Source of the DNA: Minisyncoccia bacterium
GTDB taxonomy: Bacteria > Patescibacteriota > Minisyncoccia > UBA6257 > 2-01-FULL-56-20
Direction: 5' to 3'
Assembly: GCA_050008535.1 (NCBI GenBank)
Contig: JBEKML010000001.1
Coordinates: forward strand, 391,050-455,049
DNA: 64,000 nt
Part shown: piece after piece, positions 1 to 8,470 of the stretch
Layout of the letters: each line of letters begins with the position of its first letter
Numbering within the stretch: position 1 is the first letter of the stretch
Notes under the pieces: generated by a model
Told to the model about the DNA's origin: nothing
What the model saw: the letters and a program-made list of their open reading frames with translations, nothing else
Databases searched by the model: none
Translations under genes and position numbers: made by a program

Positions 1-1450
1 AAACGATCACGTCGCGGCTGCTTTTATCGCCATATACCTTTATGGTGTTGTGGGCGCCCATTTCTTTCGCGATGCTGCCCGCCTTCGCGAAGCGTTTGTC
101 GCCCATTGCTTTTACCTTTTCGGCCTCATCGATCGCGATGCCGTTCTCGTCGTGTTCGTAGCTGTCAACTTTTACGACCGCGCCCGGCGTGCCGGGGAAG
201 ATCATCGGCGAAATGCCGTCCGGGGTGATCTTGTACCGGCCGTAATTTTCAGGGACGCCCTCCGCGATCTTTCCGCGTTCTACGGCGATCTTTGCCGGGT
301 TGGCCGCGGAAGTCTCCAAACTCTCCGAAAGTTGGCGGTCCAAAAGGACGATGACGGGCGTCTGATATTTCCACGCGAAGTTCAGCGCCTCCGCGCCGCA
401 GGCGAACGCTTCTTTGGGATCTCCCGGCGCGAGCACGATCCGCGGGAACTCGCCGTGGCCGGAATGAAGGACGAACTGCAGATCTCCCTGGCTCGTGTAC
501 GTAGGTGTGCCGGTCGCGGGGGCGTAGCGCTGCGAAACGGCGATCGCAAGCGGGAGCTCCGCCATGCCGCTCAATGCGAACGCCTCCTGCATCAGGGCAA
601 AACCGCCGGTCGCCGTGCCCACCGCGGCGCGCTTGCCGGCATAGGCAGCGCCCAACGCCATATTTATGACCGCGAGCTCGCTTTCTGGCTGGACGACTTT
701 GATCTTATATTCCTTCTGCTGTTTCGCGAGAAAATGGAGGATACTGGACGACGGCGTCATCGGGTAGGCGAAATAGAAATCCAATCCCGCCGCTACAAGG
801 CCCTTCGCGAACGCCGTGTTGCCATCAGTGAGCTCCGCTTCCTCTTTCCGTTGCGGCGTCAGTTTTTTCCAGTGGCGGAATTGCAATTTTTCCAAATGCT
901 CATATCCCATCTCGGCAAGCTTAAGGTTGGCATCCAGGCTTTTATTCTTGAAAACATCGTTCAACACCGCCTTCATGTTGTCCAAAGAAAATCCAAGAAG
1001 ATAGCAAGCGGCGCCGAGCGCGGCGGATGTGCGCGTGATGGGCGGCGCGCCAATCTTTTGCGCGAATTCTTTCATGGGAAGCACGACGGCATTCGCGCCG
1101 AACCGTTCCAGATCCTCTTTTTCAAAACTGTCCGCGAGGACGACGGCGTCTTTGTGGAGTTCGTTCCTGTGAATTGTGAGCGTTTCCTCGTTGAGCGCCA
1201 CAAGCACGTCAAGCGCCGAGTGGTCGCTGTGGATCTTTTCTCCGGAGAAGCTCACGCGGCTGAAATTGTGCCCGCCGCGGATGAGCGAGGGATAGTCAAA
1301 CGAAACAAAGGCCTCAAAGCTGAAGTCGTTCAAGAGTTCCGCCAGGCTTGCGCCCGCTTCGCGCGCGCCGTCGCCTGCCGCGCCGCCGATGCCGACGGTG
1401 AAAATGTTCTCGTGAGGGGATGCTTTCTTTGTTGGAGAGCCGAACAGCAT
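1..1450 (-). CDS. 2-oxoacid:ferredoxin oxidoreductase, fused gamma-alpha subunit (5' part only; gene runs off window start)
   Basis: Own translation of minus strand from ATG at 1448-1450: MLFGSPTKKASPHENIFTVGIGGAAGDG... (gamma-subunit glycine motif), then ...FYFAYPMTPSSSILHF... (YPxTPSS hallmark of PFOR/KOR alpha). Absent from the ORF track because it has no in-window stop; the track's 50..1468(+) ORF is its antisense shadow. TATAAT on the minus strand at about 1463-1468. Confidence 0.75.
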   Translation of the reverse strand, partial: MLFGSPTKKASPHENIFTVGIGGAAGDGAREAGASLAELLNDFSFEAFVSFDYPSLIRGGHNFSRVSFSGEKIHSDHSALDVLVALNEETLTIHRNELHKDAVVLADSFEKEDLERFGANAVVLPMKEFAQKIGAPPITRTSAALGAACYLLGFSLDNMKAVLNDVFKNKSLDANLKLAEMGYEHLEKLQFRHWKKLTPQRKEEAELTDGNTAFAKGLVAAGLDFYFAYPMTPSSSILHFLAKQQKEYKIKVVQPESELAVINMALGAAYAGKRAAVGTATGGFALMQEAFALSGMAELPLAIAVSQRYAPATGTPTYTSQGDLQFVLHSGHGEFPRIVLAPGDPKEAFACGAEALNFAWKYQTPVIVLLDRQLSESLETSAANPAKIAVERGKIAEGVPENYGRYKITPDGISPMIFPGTPGAVVKVDSYEHDENGIAIDEAEKVKAMGDKRFAKAGSIAKEMGAHNTIKVYGDKSSRDVIV

Positions 1451-1516
1451 GGTATATGGAAATTATAGCATCCCCGCCGCTTGCACGGTGAACATTAAAA
1501 AATCATTAAACAATTC

Positions 1517-1544
1517 TTGACGGTTAGCTTCCGAGTGCTATCAT
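1517..1544 (+). promoter_or_regulatory. sigma70-like promoter for hydrogenase operon (TTGACG-16nt-TGcTATCAT, extended -10)
   Basis: Seen in sequence: ttgacg gttagcttccgagtgc tatcat. It is followed by a roughly 250-nt leader before the small-subunit ATG. Confidence 0.4.
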
Positions 1545-1802
1545 ATTCTTGAAAGCAAGAGTCCGCAGAGCGGCGGACCATATATCCTTGTTTGGTATGC
1601 AAGTGGCCATTTCGGTGGCCGTTTGCATTTTAAATAGTTTTAATCACCTTTTTGTTAGCGTGACAATGCCCGTGGTCTTGGGCCCGTCGTTCATACGAGT
1701 AGGATTTTGCTTTTACCAAACAAGAGAAGCGGGTGCAAATCCCGCCGGGTCCACGGGCATCCGGATGGGCAATGAAGCAAAATTTCATGATATGATGAAG
1801 CA

Positions 1803-2297
1803 ATGGCGCCGGCGGAAAAATTGAAGATCGGTTGGTTTTCGTTCTCCTGCTGCGAAGACAACACGATCGTGATGACGGAGGTGATGAACGACCATTGGGC
1901 CGAGTGGAAAAAGAAATTTGAATTCCGGCACGCGCGGGTTTTGCAGTCAAAGAACGTGATGGATGAGTTTGATATTGCTTTTATTGAAGGCGCGGTCGCC
2001 TCGCCCGCGCAGGAAGAAAAGTTGAAAGACATCCGGAGGCGGTCAAAAAAGCTCGTGGCGATCGGCGCGTGTGCGGTGACGGGCCTGCCATCCGGCCAGA
2101 GAAACTCTTTCACCGACGCGCAAAAGGAAGCGATAGAATTTCTGACCGCGCGGTTCGGCGCACTGCCGAAGGTGCTTAAGGTTGCGGATGTGGTCACAGT
2201 TGACGCCGAAGTGCCGGGCTGCCCGATGGATCCGCAGAACTTTCTCAAGGTCCTTGAGAGCGTCGTGGCCGAGCTTGAGAACAAAATAATTCCATAA
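1803..2297 (+). CDS. [NiFe] hydrogenase small subunit, minimal (Oxidored_q6/NuoB-like, proximal-cluster-only type)
   Basis: 164 aa. KIGWFSFSCCEDNTIVM..GACAVTG..VPGCPMDP: four Cys (CC...C...CP) arranged as in the proximal 4Fe-4S site of HoxY/NuoB-like small subunits. Lies directly upstream of the large subunit. Confidence 0.8.
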   Translation: MAPAEKLKIGWFSFSCCEDNTIVMTEVMNDHWAEWKKKFEFRHARVLQSKNVMDEFDIAFIEGAVASPAQEEKLKDIRRRSKKLVAIGACAVTGLPSGQRNSFTDAQKEAIEFLTARFGALPKVLKVADVVTVDAEVPGCPMDPQNFLKVLESVVAELENKIIP

Positions 2298-2301
2298 TCC
2301 C

Positions 2302-3594
2302 ATGCACACGTTTGATCTCACGATGGAGGGTATCACGAAGGTAGAGGGCAGCGCCGGGCTTTCATTGCACGTGGAGGAGGGGAAAGTGACCGATGTGAAG
2401 TTCGCGATCACCGAATACAAGCGGTTCTTCACCGAGGCGATGAAGGGGAAATCGGTCATGGCCATTCCGCAGCATCTCGCGCGGATCTGCGGCACCTGCT
2501 CCAACGCGCACCTCATGTGCAGCATTGAAGCGTGCGAACACGCCTTGGGGATAGAACCCACCGCGCAGACAAAAACGCTCCGCGCGCTCACCATGCACGG
2601 CCTTATGATCCGCGACCACGCCCTACACCTTTATCTTTTTTCAATGCCCGATATTTTCGGCAAGGATGCGTTCCTTGATTTTGACGAGAACGTGGAGGCG
2701 GAGCACCAGTTGCTGCACGACGGGTTTGGCGTGAAGGGCGCCGGAAATTTCCTCGCGACGCTCGTCGCCGGGCGGAGCGTCCACGCAGTGTATCCAACGA
2801 TCGGCGGGTTCCTCAAATTCCCCGATGAAGCGGGCGTCGCGGAGGCGATCAAAAAACTGGAATCCGTCCGCCCCGCAGCGCTCCGGCTCATAGAAATTTT
2901 CAAAAACGCGCCGTTCCATTTTGATCGCAAGACGCAGTTCATGGCGCTCGTGCCGGATGGAAGCTACGGCTACATAGACGGCACTATTATCACGAGCAAG
3001 GGGGAGGTTTTTCCCGAGCGGGAATTCCACAGGCACTTGGAGCAGGTTGTGCTCCCGTATTCACAGGCATCGGCGTATCTTTATGGCGGTGAGGGCTATA
3101 TGGTGGGCGCGCTCGCGCGGCTCAGCATTGCAAAAGACAAGCTGCACCCGAGAACAAAGGAATCACTCGGCGATGTTCTGGATCTTTTCCCCTCCACCGA
3201 CATTTTTTACAACAACCTCGCGCAGGCGATAGAGATATTACATTCTATCGATGAATCAATAGATATTTTGAAGAACAATAAATTTGTGCCGGAGCCGATA
3301 ATAAAAGTTCCCAATCGCGAGGCCACGGGCGTGGGCGTTGTGGAAGCCCCGCGCGGCACGCTCTATCACAAAGTGGTGATCGGCGCGGACGGCCTGGTGA
3401 AAGAAGGGGAGGTAATCGTGCCCACCGGCCAGAACCAGGTGAATATTGAGAAGGACATCGCGACGCTCGTGCAAGGACTTTTACCCGACACGCCAAAAGA
3501 AAAAATAGAATTTGAAATAGAGAAGCTTGTCCGCGCCTACGATCCCTGCATGAGCTGCGCGGCGCATTTCCTCAAGGTGAAGTGGGACGCATAG
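2302..3594 (+). CDS. [NiFe] hydrogenase large subunit (group 3-like)
   Basis: 430 aa. N-terminal RICGTCSNAH (L1 CxxC) and C-terminal DPCMSCAAH (L5 CxxC-H), followed by an 8-aa extension (FLKVKWDA). Confidence 0.9.
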   Translation: MHTFDLTMEGITKVEGSAGLSLHVEEGKVTDVKFAITEYKRFFTEAMKGKSVMAIPQHLARICGTCSNAHLMCSIEACEHALGIEPTAQTKTLRALTMHGLMIRDHALHLYLFSMPDIFGKDAFLDFDENVEAEHQLLHDGFGVKGAGNFLATLVAGRSVHAVYPTIGGFLKFPDEAGVAEAIKKLESVRPAALRLIEIFKNAPFHFDRKTQFMALVPDGSYGYIDGTIITSKGEVFPEREFHRHLEQVVLPYSQASAYLYGGEGYMVGALARLSIAKDKLHPRTKESLGDVLDLFPSTDIFYNNLAQAIEILHSIDESIDILKNNKFVPEPIIKVPNREATGVGVVEAPRGTLYHKVVIGADGLVKEGEVIVPTGQNQVNIEKDIATLVQGLLPDTPKEKIEFEIEKLVRAYDPCMSCAAHFLKVKWDA

Positions 3595-3619
3595 ACAGGT
3601 GCGCCCCATTCGCTGAATA

Positions 3620-3648
3620 TTGACAATATATAGATATTACCTTATTAT
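3620..3648 (+). promoter_or_regulatory. sigma70-like promoter (TTGACA-17-TATTAT) plus strong SD (AAGGGAGG) for the UPF0182 gene
   Basis: ttgaca atatatagatattacct tattat; aagggagg lies 7 nt before the ATG at 3740. Confidence 0.45.
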
Positions 3649-3739
3649 ATGGCTGTCCATAAGGACAAAGCTGTTCTTTCCAAACCGAAAAAGATTTCAT
3701 TTCGGCATTGAATTTCTGGAAGAAAAAGGGAGGTAAGAC

Positions 3740-6613
3740 ATGTTGGGATTCCTGATGTTCCTGACGTGGTTCGTTCTCTCCATCCCCCCGCTCGGGCGGG
3801 CGGTATGGAAACTGATCAAACTCTACCGGGACGAGGACCGGGACGAGGAACCGCTCAAGCGGGCATACCGCTCCTTGGGCCTCACTATTCTGTGGGCCGT
3901 GCTCGTGATCGTTGGCTTGTGGGCCCTCGCCTGGCTGATGGACCTGCGCGTCGAATCCCTGTGGTTCGCGGACGCGGGCTATGCCGGACGCTTCTGGACC
4001 CAGTTCAACACCGAGCTCGTCCTCTACTGGATCGGGTTCGTGCTCGCCGGCGCGTTCTGTTTCACGAACGTGACCATGATCGCCAAGCTGAACGCCGGTT
4101 CCAAAACGGCGCAGCGGGTGATCCTCGGAGTCGGCGGGGCGCTCTCGCTTATCGCCGCTAACGTGTTCGGCAGCGTCGCCGAGGGCATTTGGCAGAGATT
4201 GCTGTTGTTCCTGAACGGTCAGCCGTTCGGCAAGCTCGACCCGGTGTTCTCAAAGGACGTCGGGTTCTATGTCTTTACCATGCCGTTCATCGACGGTCTG
4301 ACGTCGTTCGCGTACTGGCTGATAGGCCTGACCATGATCGCCTGCTTCGCTTTCTACGCGGTGAGGTATGGCGTAGCCAAGGCCGGCTCTTGCAACAACT
4401 ATGATTTCGGGGCCAGCAAGCGCGCAGAGCTCGCGGAACAAGCCGGGGTTGTGCTCAACCACGGCCTCTCACATGTCTCAGCTCTGGGCATCCTGTTTCT
4501 CCTGGACCTCGCAGTCGACACATTCCTGGACCGCTACAAGATCCTGTACTCCACGCACGGCAACGTCTATGGCGCCGGCTGGACGGATCTCAACGTGCGG
4601 ATCCCGGCCTACTGGGGGTTCATGATTGTCCTGGCCATCGGCATCGCGTTCCTCGCGACCTCGGTCCTATCGAAGTCGCACCGCCACACCGTGAAGAATG
4701 CCATCTTCGGTTTCGGCGGGACGCTCCTGTTCTGGCTCTTGGCCGTCGTCATCACACCTGCGATATTCCAATCGGCATATGTAAGCCCGAACGAGTTGCA
4801 GGTTGAGAGGCCCTTTATCCAGCGGGAGATCGACTACACCAGTGCGGCATACGGGCTCGATCGCATCAAACCCCTGGATTTCCCCGTGAAGGACGGCCTG
4901 ACGCGGGCCAATCTGACCCAAGACGCCGAGACCCTGGAAAGCGCGCGGCTCTGGGATTGGCGTGTCCTCCTGGCCACCAACCACCAGCTTCAAGCCTTCA
5001 AGCCGTACTACAGCTTCAAGGATGTGGACGTGGTGCGCTACGATGTCCACGGCAAGAAGGTCCAAGTGCTGTACAGCGGGCGCGAGTTGGACGTGGAGAA
5101 GCTCCCCGAGTCGGCGAAGACCTGGCAGAACATGCATCTGGTCTACACGCACGGCTTCGGCGGCACCGCCAATCCTGTGAACGATTTCACTTCGGACGGC
5201 CTGCCGGATTACTGGGTGAAGGACCTGCCGCCCGTCTCGAGATACCCCGAACTGGAGATGAAGCAGCCTCGCATCTATTTCGGCGAGGCGACCACGAACC
5301 ATGTGTATGTCAATACCCACATGCAGGAATACGACTACCCCGTGGGCGACGGCAACGCCTGGTTCCAGTATGACGGGCCGGCGGGCATTCCGCTCGGCGG
5401 CTTCTTCCGACGACTGTCCATTGCCTGGAAATTCGATGGTTTCTGGAGAACCTGGTCTGAGCAGCTCGGGCCGGAGAGCCGCATTCTGTTCAATCGCGAC
5501 ATCGCGACCCGCACCGAGAAGCTCGTGCCGTTCCTGTGGCACGAGGAGGACACCTACCAAGTCATCGCGGACGGGCAACTGTGGTTCATGCGCGACTTCA
5601 ATTCGGTGACCGAATGGTATCCCTACTCGGCACCGCACAACGGCGTGAACTACATGCGTAATTCGGTGAAGTCGGTGACGAACGCGTATACCGGCAAAAC
5701 CGATTTCTACGTGTTCGAGCCGAACGACCCCGTCATCCGCACCTATCAGGCGATCTTCCCGGGACTTTTCAAGCCAATGTCCCAGATGCCTGCATCGCTT
5801 CGCAAGCATGTCAGGTACCCGCAGGGGCTGCTTGAGGTCCAGGGAGACATGTATGCCTGGTATCACATGAAGGATGCCACTGCCTTCTACAACAAGGAGG
5901 ACATGTGGCAGTACGCCAAGCAATTCTCCCCGAGCATCAACAAGCCGGCGCAGGTTGAAGCGTACTATCTCGTGATGTCCTTGCCCGATCGCCACTCGCC
6001 GGAGTACGTGCTGGTACTGCCCTTCACTCCGAAGTCCACCGACGCGGAGCACCAGCGCAATAATCTGGAGTCCTGGCTCGCCGCCCGCTGTGACGGCGAC
6101 CACTATGGGGAGCTCATGCTTTACCGATTCCCCACGACCAAACAGGTTCAGGGTCCGCTCCAGGTTGGGATTAGGATGAACCAGGACGAGACGCTATCCA
6201 AGGATTTCAGCCTCTGGAACCAGCAGGGTTCCAAGGTGGTCCTGGGCGACATGCGTGTCCTGCCTCTTTCCGACCACCGATTGCTGAACGTCCAGGCCAT
6301 CTATCTGGAGAGCGAGGGCGCGAAAATGCCTCAGCTCAAGTACGTGGTTGCCGCCTCCGGCGACCAGATGGTCTACGAGAAGACGTTCTCCGCTGCACTG
6401 GAGCGGTTAATCGGCGCCGGGCCGACGCTCATGCCGCCTCCGGCTACCATCACCGCCGTTTCCGTACCCGCGTCCCTCGACCTGACCCAGGAGATACTGG
6501 GCCGGCTCGACAAGTACTTCGGGTTGCTCCAGCAGGGCAAGTTCTCGGAGGCCGGGAACGAACTCCAGGCTATCCGGGACGAACGGGCCAAAATGAAATC
6601 GACCAAAAAGTGA
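3740..6613 (+). CDS. UPF0182 family large membrane protein
   Basis: 957 aa with an N-terminal multi-TM region and a large soluble part. Recalled similarity to mycobacterial UPF0182 (Rv3193c-like): WF..GY, VYTHGFGG (cf. VYTHGNGF), NYMRNSVKSVTNAYTGKT (cf. SYIRNSVKATVDAYDGTV), HVRYPQGLLEVQ (cf. HLRYPEDLFKVQ), ILFNRD. Visibly higher GC than the flanks. Confidence 0.85.
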   Translation: MLGFLMFLTWFVLSIPPLGRAVWKLIKLYRDEDRDEEPLKRAYRSLGLTILWAVLVIVGLWALAWLMDLRVESLWFADAGYAGRFWTQFNTELVLYWIGFVLAGAFCFTNVTMIAKLNAGSKTAQRVILGVGGALSLIAANVFGSVAEGIWQRLLLFLNGQPFGKLDPVFSKDVGFYVFTMPFIDGLTSFAYWLIGLTMIACFAFYAVRYGVAKAGSCNNYDFGASKRAELAEQAGVVLNHGLSHVSALGILFLLDLAVDTFLDRYKILYSTHGNVYGAGWTDLNVRIPAYWGFMIVLAIGIAFLATSVLSKSHRHTVKNAIFGFGGTLLFWLLAVVITPAIFQSAYVSPNELQVERPFIQREIDYTSAAYGLDRIKPLDFPVKDGLTRANLTQDAETLESARLWDWRVLLATNHQLQAFKPYYSFKDVDVVRYDVHGKKVQVLYSGRELDVEKLPESAKTWQNMHLVYTHGFGGTANPVNDFTSDGLPDYWVKDLPPVSRYPELEMKQPRIYFGEATTNHVYVNTHMQEYDYPVGDGNAWFQYDGPAGIPLGGFFRRLSIAWKFDGFWRTWSEQLGPESRILFNRDIATRTEKLVPFLWHEEDTYQVIADGQLWFMRDFNSVTEWYPYSAPHNGVNYMRNSVKSVTNAYTGKTDFYVFEPNDPVIRTYQAIFPGLFKPMSQMPASLRKHVRYPQGLLEVQGDMYAWYHMKDATAFYNKEDMWQYAKQFSPSINKPAQVEAYYLVMSLPDRHSPEYVLVLPFTPKSTDAEHQRNNLESWLAARCDGDHYGELMLYRFPTTKQVQGPLQVGIRMNQDETLSKDFSLWNQQGSKVVLGDMRVLPLSDHRLLNVQAIYLESEGAKMPQLKYVVAASGDQMVYEKTFSAALERLIGAGPTLMPPPATITAVSVPASLDLTQEILGRLDKYFGLLQQGKFSEAGNELQAIRDERAKMKSTKK

Positions 6614-6668
6614 CACTCGCAGAAGCATGCAGGCCCTCGCTTCCCGGGTGACTCACATCTCATCCAGA

Positions 6669-6706
6669 GCCCTCCATCGCCGTCAGGCGGTCCGGAGGGC
6701 TTTTGC
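6669..6706 (+). terminator. rho-independent terminator after UPF0182 gene
   Basis: gccctcc atcgccgtcaggcggtcc ggagggc followed by ttttgc. Confidence 0.5.
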
Positions 6707-6712
6707 ATAAAA

Positions 6713-6741
6713 AGCCCGCTCCGGCGGCTGGATTCGAACTT
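6713..6741 (+). repeat. isolated copy of the tRNA-Asn 3'-end-like repeat (GCTCCGGCGGCTGGATTCGAAC)
   Basis: cccgctccggcggctggattcgaacttac. Its reverse complement contains a GTTCGAATCC T-loop-like motif but no foldable cloverleaf. Same orientation and core as the 24.7-39.6 kb repeat family. Confidence 0.5.
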
Positions 6742-7123
6742 ACTGCCCACTGAGAAATTTTTCGAGTAAGATAATTATTTTCTGGAGCGCCCCAGCTTCG
6801 TCCATGGCTCCCGGCACGCCGATTATTTTTATTTTCTTGAACTTGCCGAGCTTTTGGAGATATCGGAGGTTCGTGAGCGCGTCAAAATCGTGCATCGTGA
6901 CGCGCGGCACGGCGGCGAACTTTGCAAGATCGTCAAAAACAGTCACTTCGTTGATGCCTTCTACGGTATCAATAATAGTCAGTTCTTCGGGCACGTCCCA
7001 CTCTTCGTTCGGGTCTTTTACTTCAAATTGCACTTGCGGGAATCGTTTCTGAAGTTCGGGAAGGATCCGAAGCGGCAATGAGTCGGCGGGAAGGTCGGGA
7101 TTGCCGAAAACATAAACGATCAT
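6740..7123 (-). CDS. hydrogenase maturation protease (HycI/HybD/FrhD family)
   Basis: Start at MIVYVFGNPDLPADSLPLRILPEL... (127 aa), typical of the endopeptidase N-terminus. The track ORF 6740..7204 extends 27 codons upstream. Confidence 0.7.
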   Translation of the reverse strand: MIVYVFGNPDLPADSLPLRILPELQKRFPQVQFEVKDPNEEWDVPEELTIIDTVEGINEVTVFDDLAKFAAVPRVTMHDFDALTNLRYLQKLGKFKKIKIIGVPGAMDEAGALQKIIILLEKFLSGQ

Positions 7124-7226
7124 ATGCTTTTTATCATATGACGCTACGGGCCGAAGAGCTAATACAACTATTTTAAAGAAAGCGCGCCGTTTCCCGCGGT
7201 CCAAGACAGCTTGGCGGGAAACGGCG

Positions 7227-7679
7227 CTAGGATTCTACTTCTTCGATCTCTACGACCACCCGGCGGTGGAAGTAGACGAACTGGCCGCGCGAGAGGGGGA
7301 GATGGTACTGGTTGACCGCGTTGAGCGTCTCTCCTTCGCAAGCGAGGACTACGACTGTGCCGTTGCTTGCTTCGGCCACTTTGGCGCGGCGCACGCGGCA
7401 CTCGCCTTCGTGGCCGTGGTGATGGTGCCAGAAATCGGCTACCGTGGCCACCGCCCATTGGGCCAGTCCATTTTGGACCGCGTATTCGCGCAATCTCTCG
7501 ACTGCGTTTGGGAAACATCTTTCAAGAAGCGGACACGTCGGTTGCTCGTTTCTTCTGACGAGCTGGTCAAGCTCGATCAGGTCTTTCTCGGCGATCTTCC
7601 AACGTCTCCCATTGGTGACCACCACGCCGGTGGTGGCGCAAGGGAATGTGTAACGGAGGAACAATAGTTCTCCGGTCAT
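7227..7679 (-). CDS. hypothetical protein with His cluster (FWHHHHGHEGEC), co-directional with the maturation protease
   Basis: Start MTGELLFLRY... (150 aa) chosen inside track ORF 7227..7832. No family recognised. Confidence 0.5.
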   Translation of the reverse strand: MTGELLFLRYTFPCATTGVVVTNGRRWKIAEKDLIELDQLVRRNEQPTCPLLERCFPNAVERLREYAVQNGLAQWAVATVADFWHHHHGHEGECRVRRAKVAEASNGTVVVLACEGETLNAVNQYHLPLSRGQFVYFHRRVVVEIEEVES

Positions 7680-7722
7680 AGGACAACCCTCCTTCTGCGG
7701 GAAGTTCTGCCCCTGATTATAC

Positions 7723-8454
7723 TCAAATCGTCCGATTCGCCAAGTCGAGGTGGCGTAGCGTGTACTTGCGGAGCATCGCGGCCTCGCGTTCTGTGATGAC
7801 CTCGCAGGGGACACTCCAATGGATGGAAACAAGGTCGCCGGGCTTGATCTGCTCTATGTCGTACTCCGCCTCCAGCCGCCGCGCGAGTTTTTTCTCCGCG
7901 GGCGCGCCGAGAAAAAGTTTTCCGTTGGCATAGAGCAGCGGCTCGGCAAGCACGGTGATCGCGGGACCACTTACGTTTTTTACCCTTCCCCAACTCACGC
8001 GGCACTCGTCTATTTCGGAAAGCGTCCTCTCCCGCTCGCCGCGAGCCGCCTGCAACCAAACATCCAGAACGTGGAACGAATGATGCGGCACGGCTCCCTG
8101 CGCGATTTTTTCTTCAACGAGTGAAAAAGATTTTGCGCCGAGCTTTTTCTTTATTTTCTGGCCCTCAACAAGGTGGTGGTAAAACTTCCGCTGGCCGATA
8201 TTTTCCAAAAGTTCGTTGCCGATCCAGTATGCCTCTACCACGCGGTCATCAAAAGGATCGCGGATGCCGTTCGCTTCCGCGATGTGGCGGAGGTAGGGGA
8301 ACATTGTCTTGAATTGGCTCAACAATTTCTCAAGTCCCGGATCGCTTGCACCCTCTTCAATGTAGGCGCGGATTTCGCTCGCCGCATCCGGGCCGCAATA
8401 ATGGAGCCGGTTCGGTCCGAAAGCATATCGGCTGCAGCGGATGATGCCGTCCAT
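7723..8454 (-). CDS. hypothetical protein (243 aa)
   Basis: Start MDGIIRCSRYAFGPN... chosen inside track ORF 7723..8610. No family recognised. Same strand as 7227..7679 and hycI. Confidence 0.5.
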   Translation of the reverse strand: MDGIIRCSRYAFGPNRLHYCGPDAASEIRAYIEEGASDPGLEKLLSQFKTMFPYLRHIAEANGIRDPFDDRVVEAYWIGNELLENIGQRKFYHHLVEGQKIKKKLGAKSFSLVEEKIAQGAVPHHSFHVLDVWLQAARGERERTLSEIDECRVSWGRVKNVSGPAITVLAEPLLYANGKLFLGAPAEKKLARRLEAEYDIEQIKPGDLVSIHWSVPCEVITEREAAMLRKYTLRHLDLANRTI

Positions 8455-8470
8455 ATGATAAGATAATAGT

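Noticed and set aside
50-1468. 472-aa plus-strand ORF in the track
   Set aside because: Arg-rich, low-complexity translation. It is the antisense shadow of the minus-strand 2-oxoacid:ferredoxin oxidoreductase, which shows clear family motifs (GIGG gamma motif, YPMTPSS).
1549-1824. 91-aa plus-strand ORF in the hydrogenase leader
   Set aside because: Odd composition and an overlap with the small-subunit start. The region is better explained as a structured 5' leader downstream of the mapped promoter.
4667-6103. 478-aa minus-strand ORF inside the UPF0182 gene
   Set aside because: Shadow ORF typical of high-GC coding DNA. The plus-strand product has family-specific motifs and this one has none.
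6709-6790. Possible complete tRNA around repeat copy M (contains a GTTCGAATCC T-loop-like motif)
   Set aside because: No acceptor/D/anticodon arms can be paired and the T-stem flanks do not base-pair. It is treated as a decayed tRNA 3' fragment.
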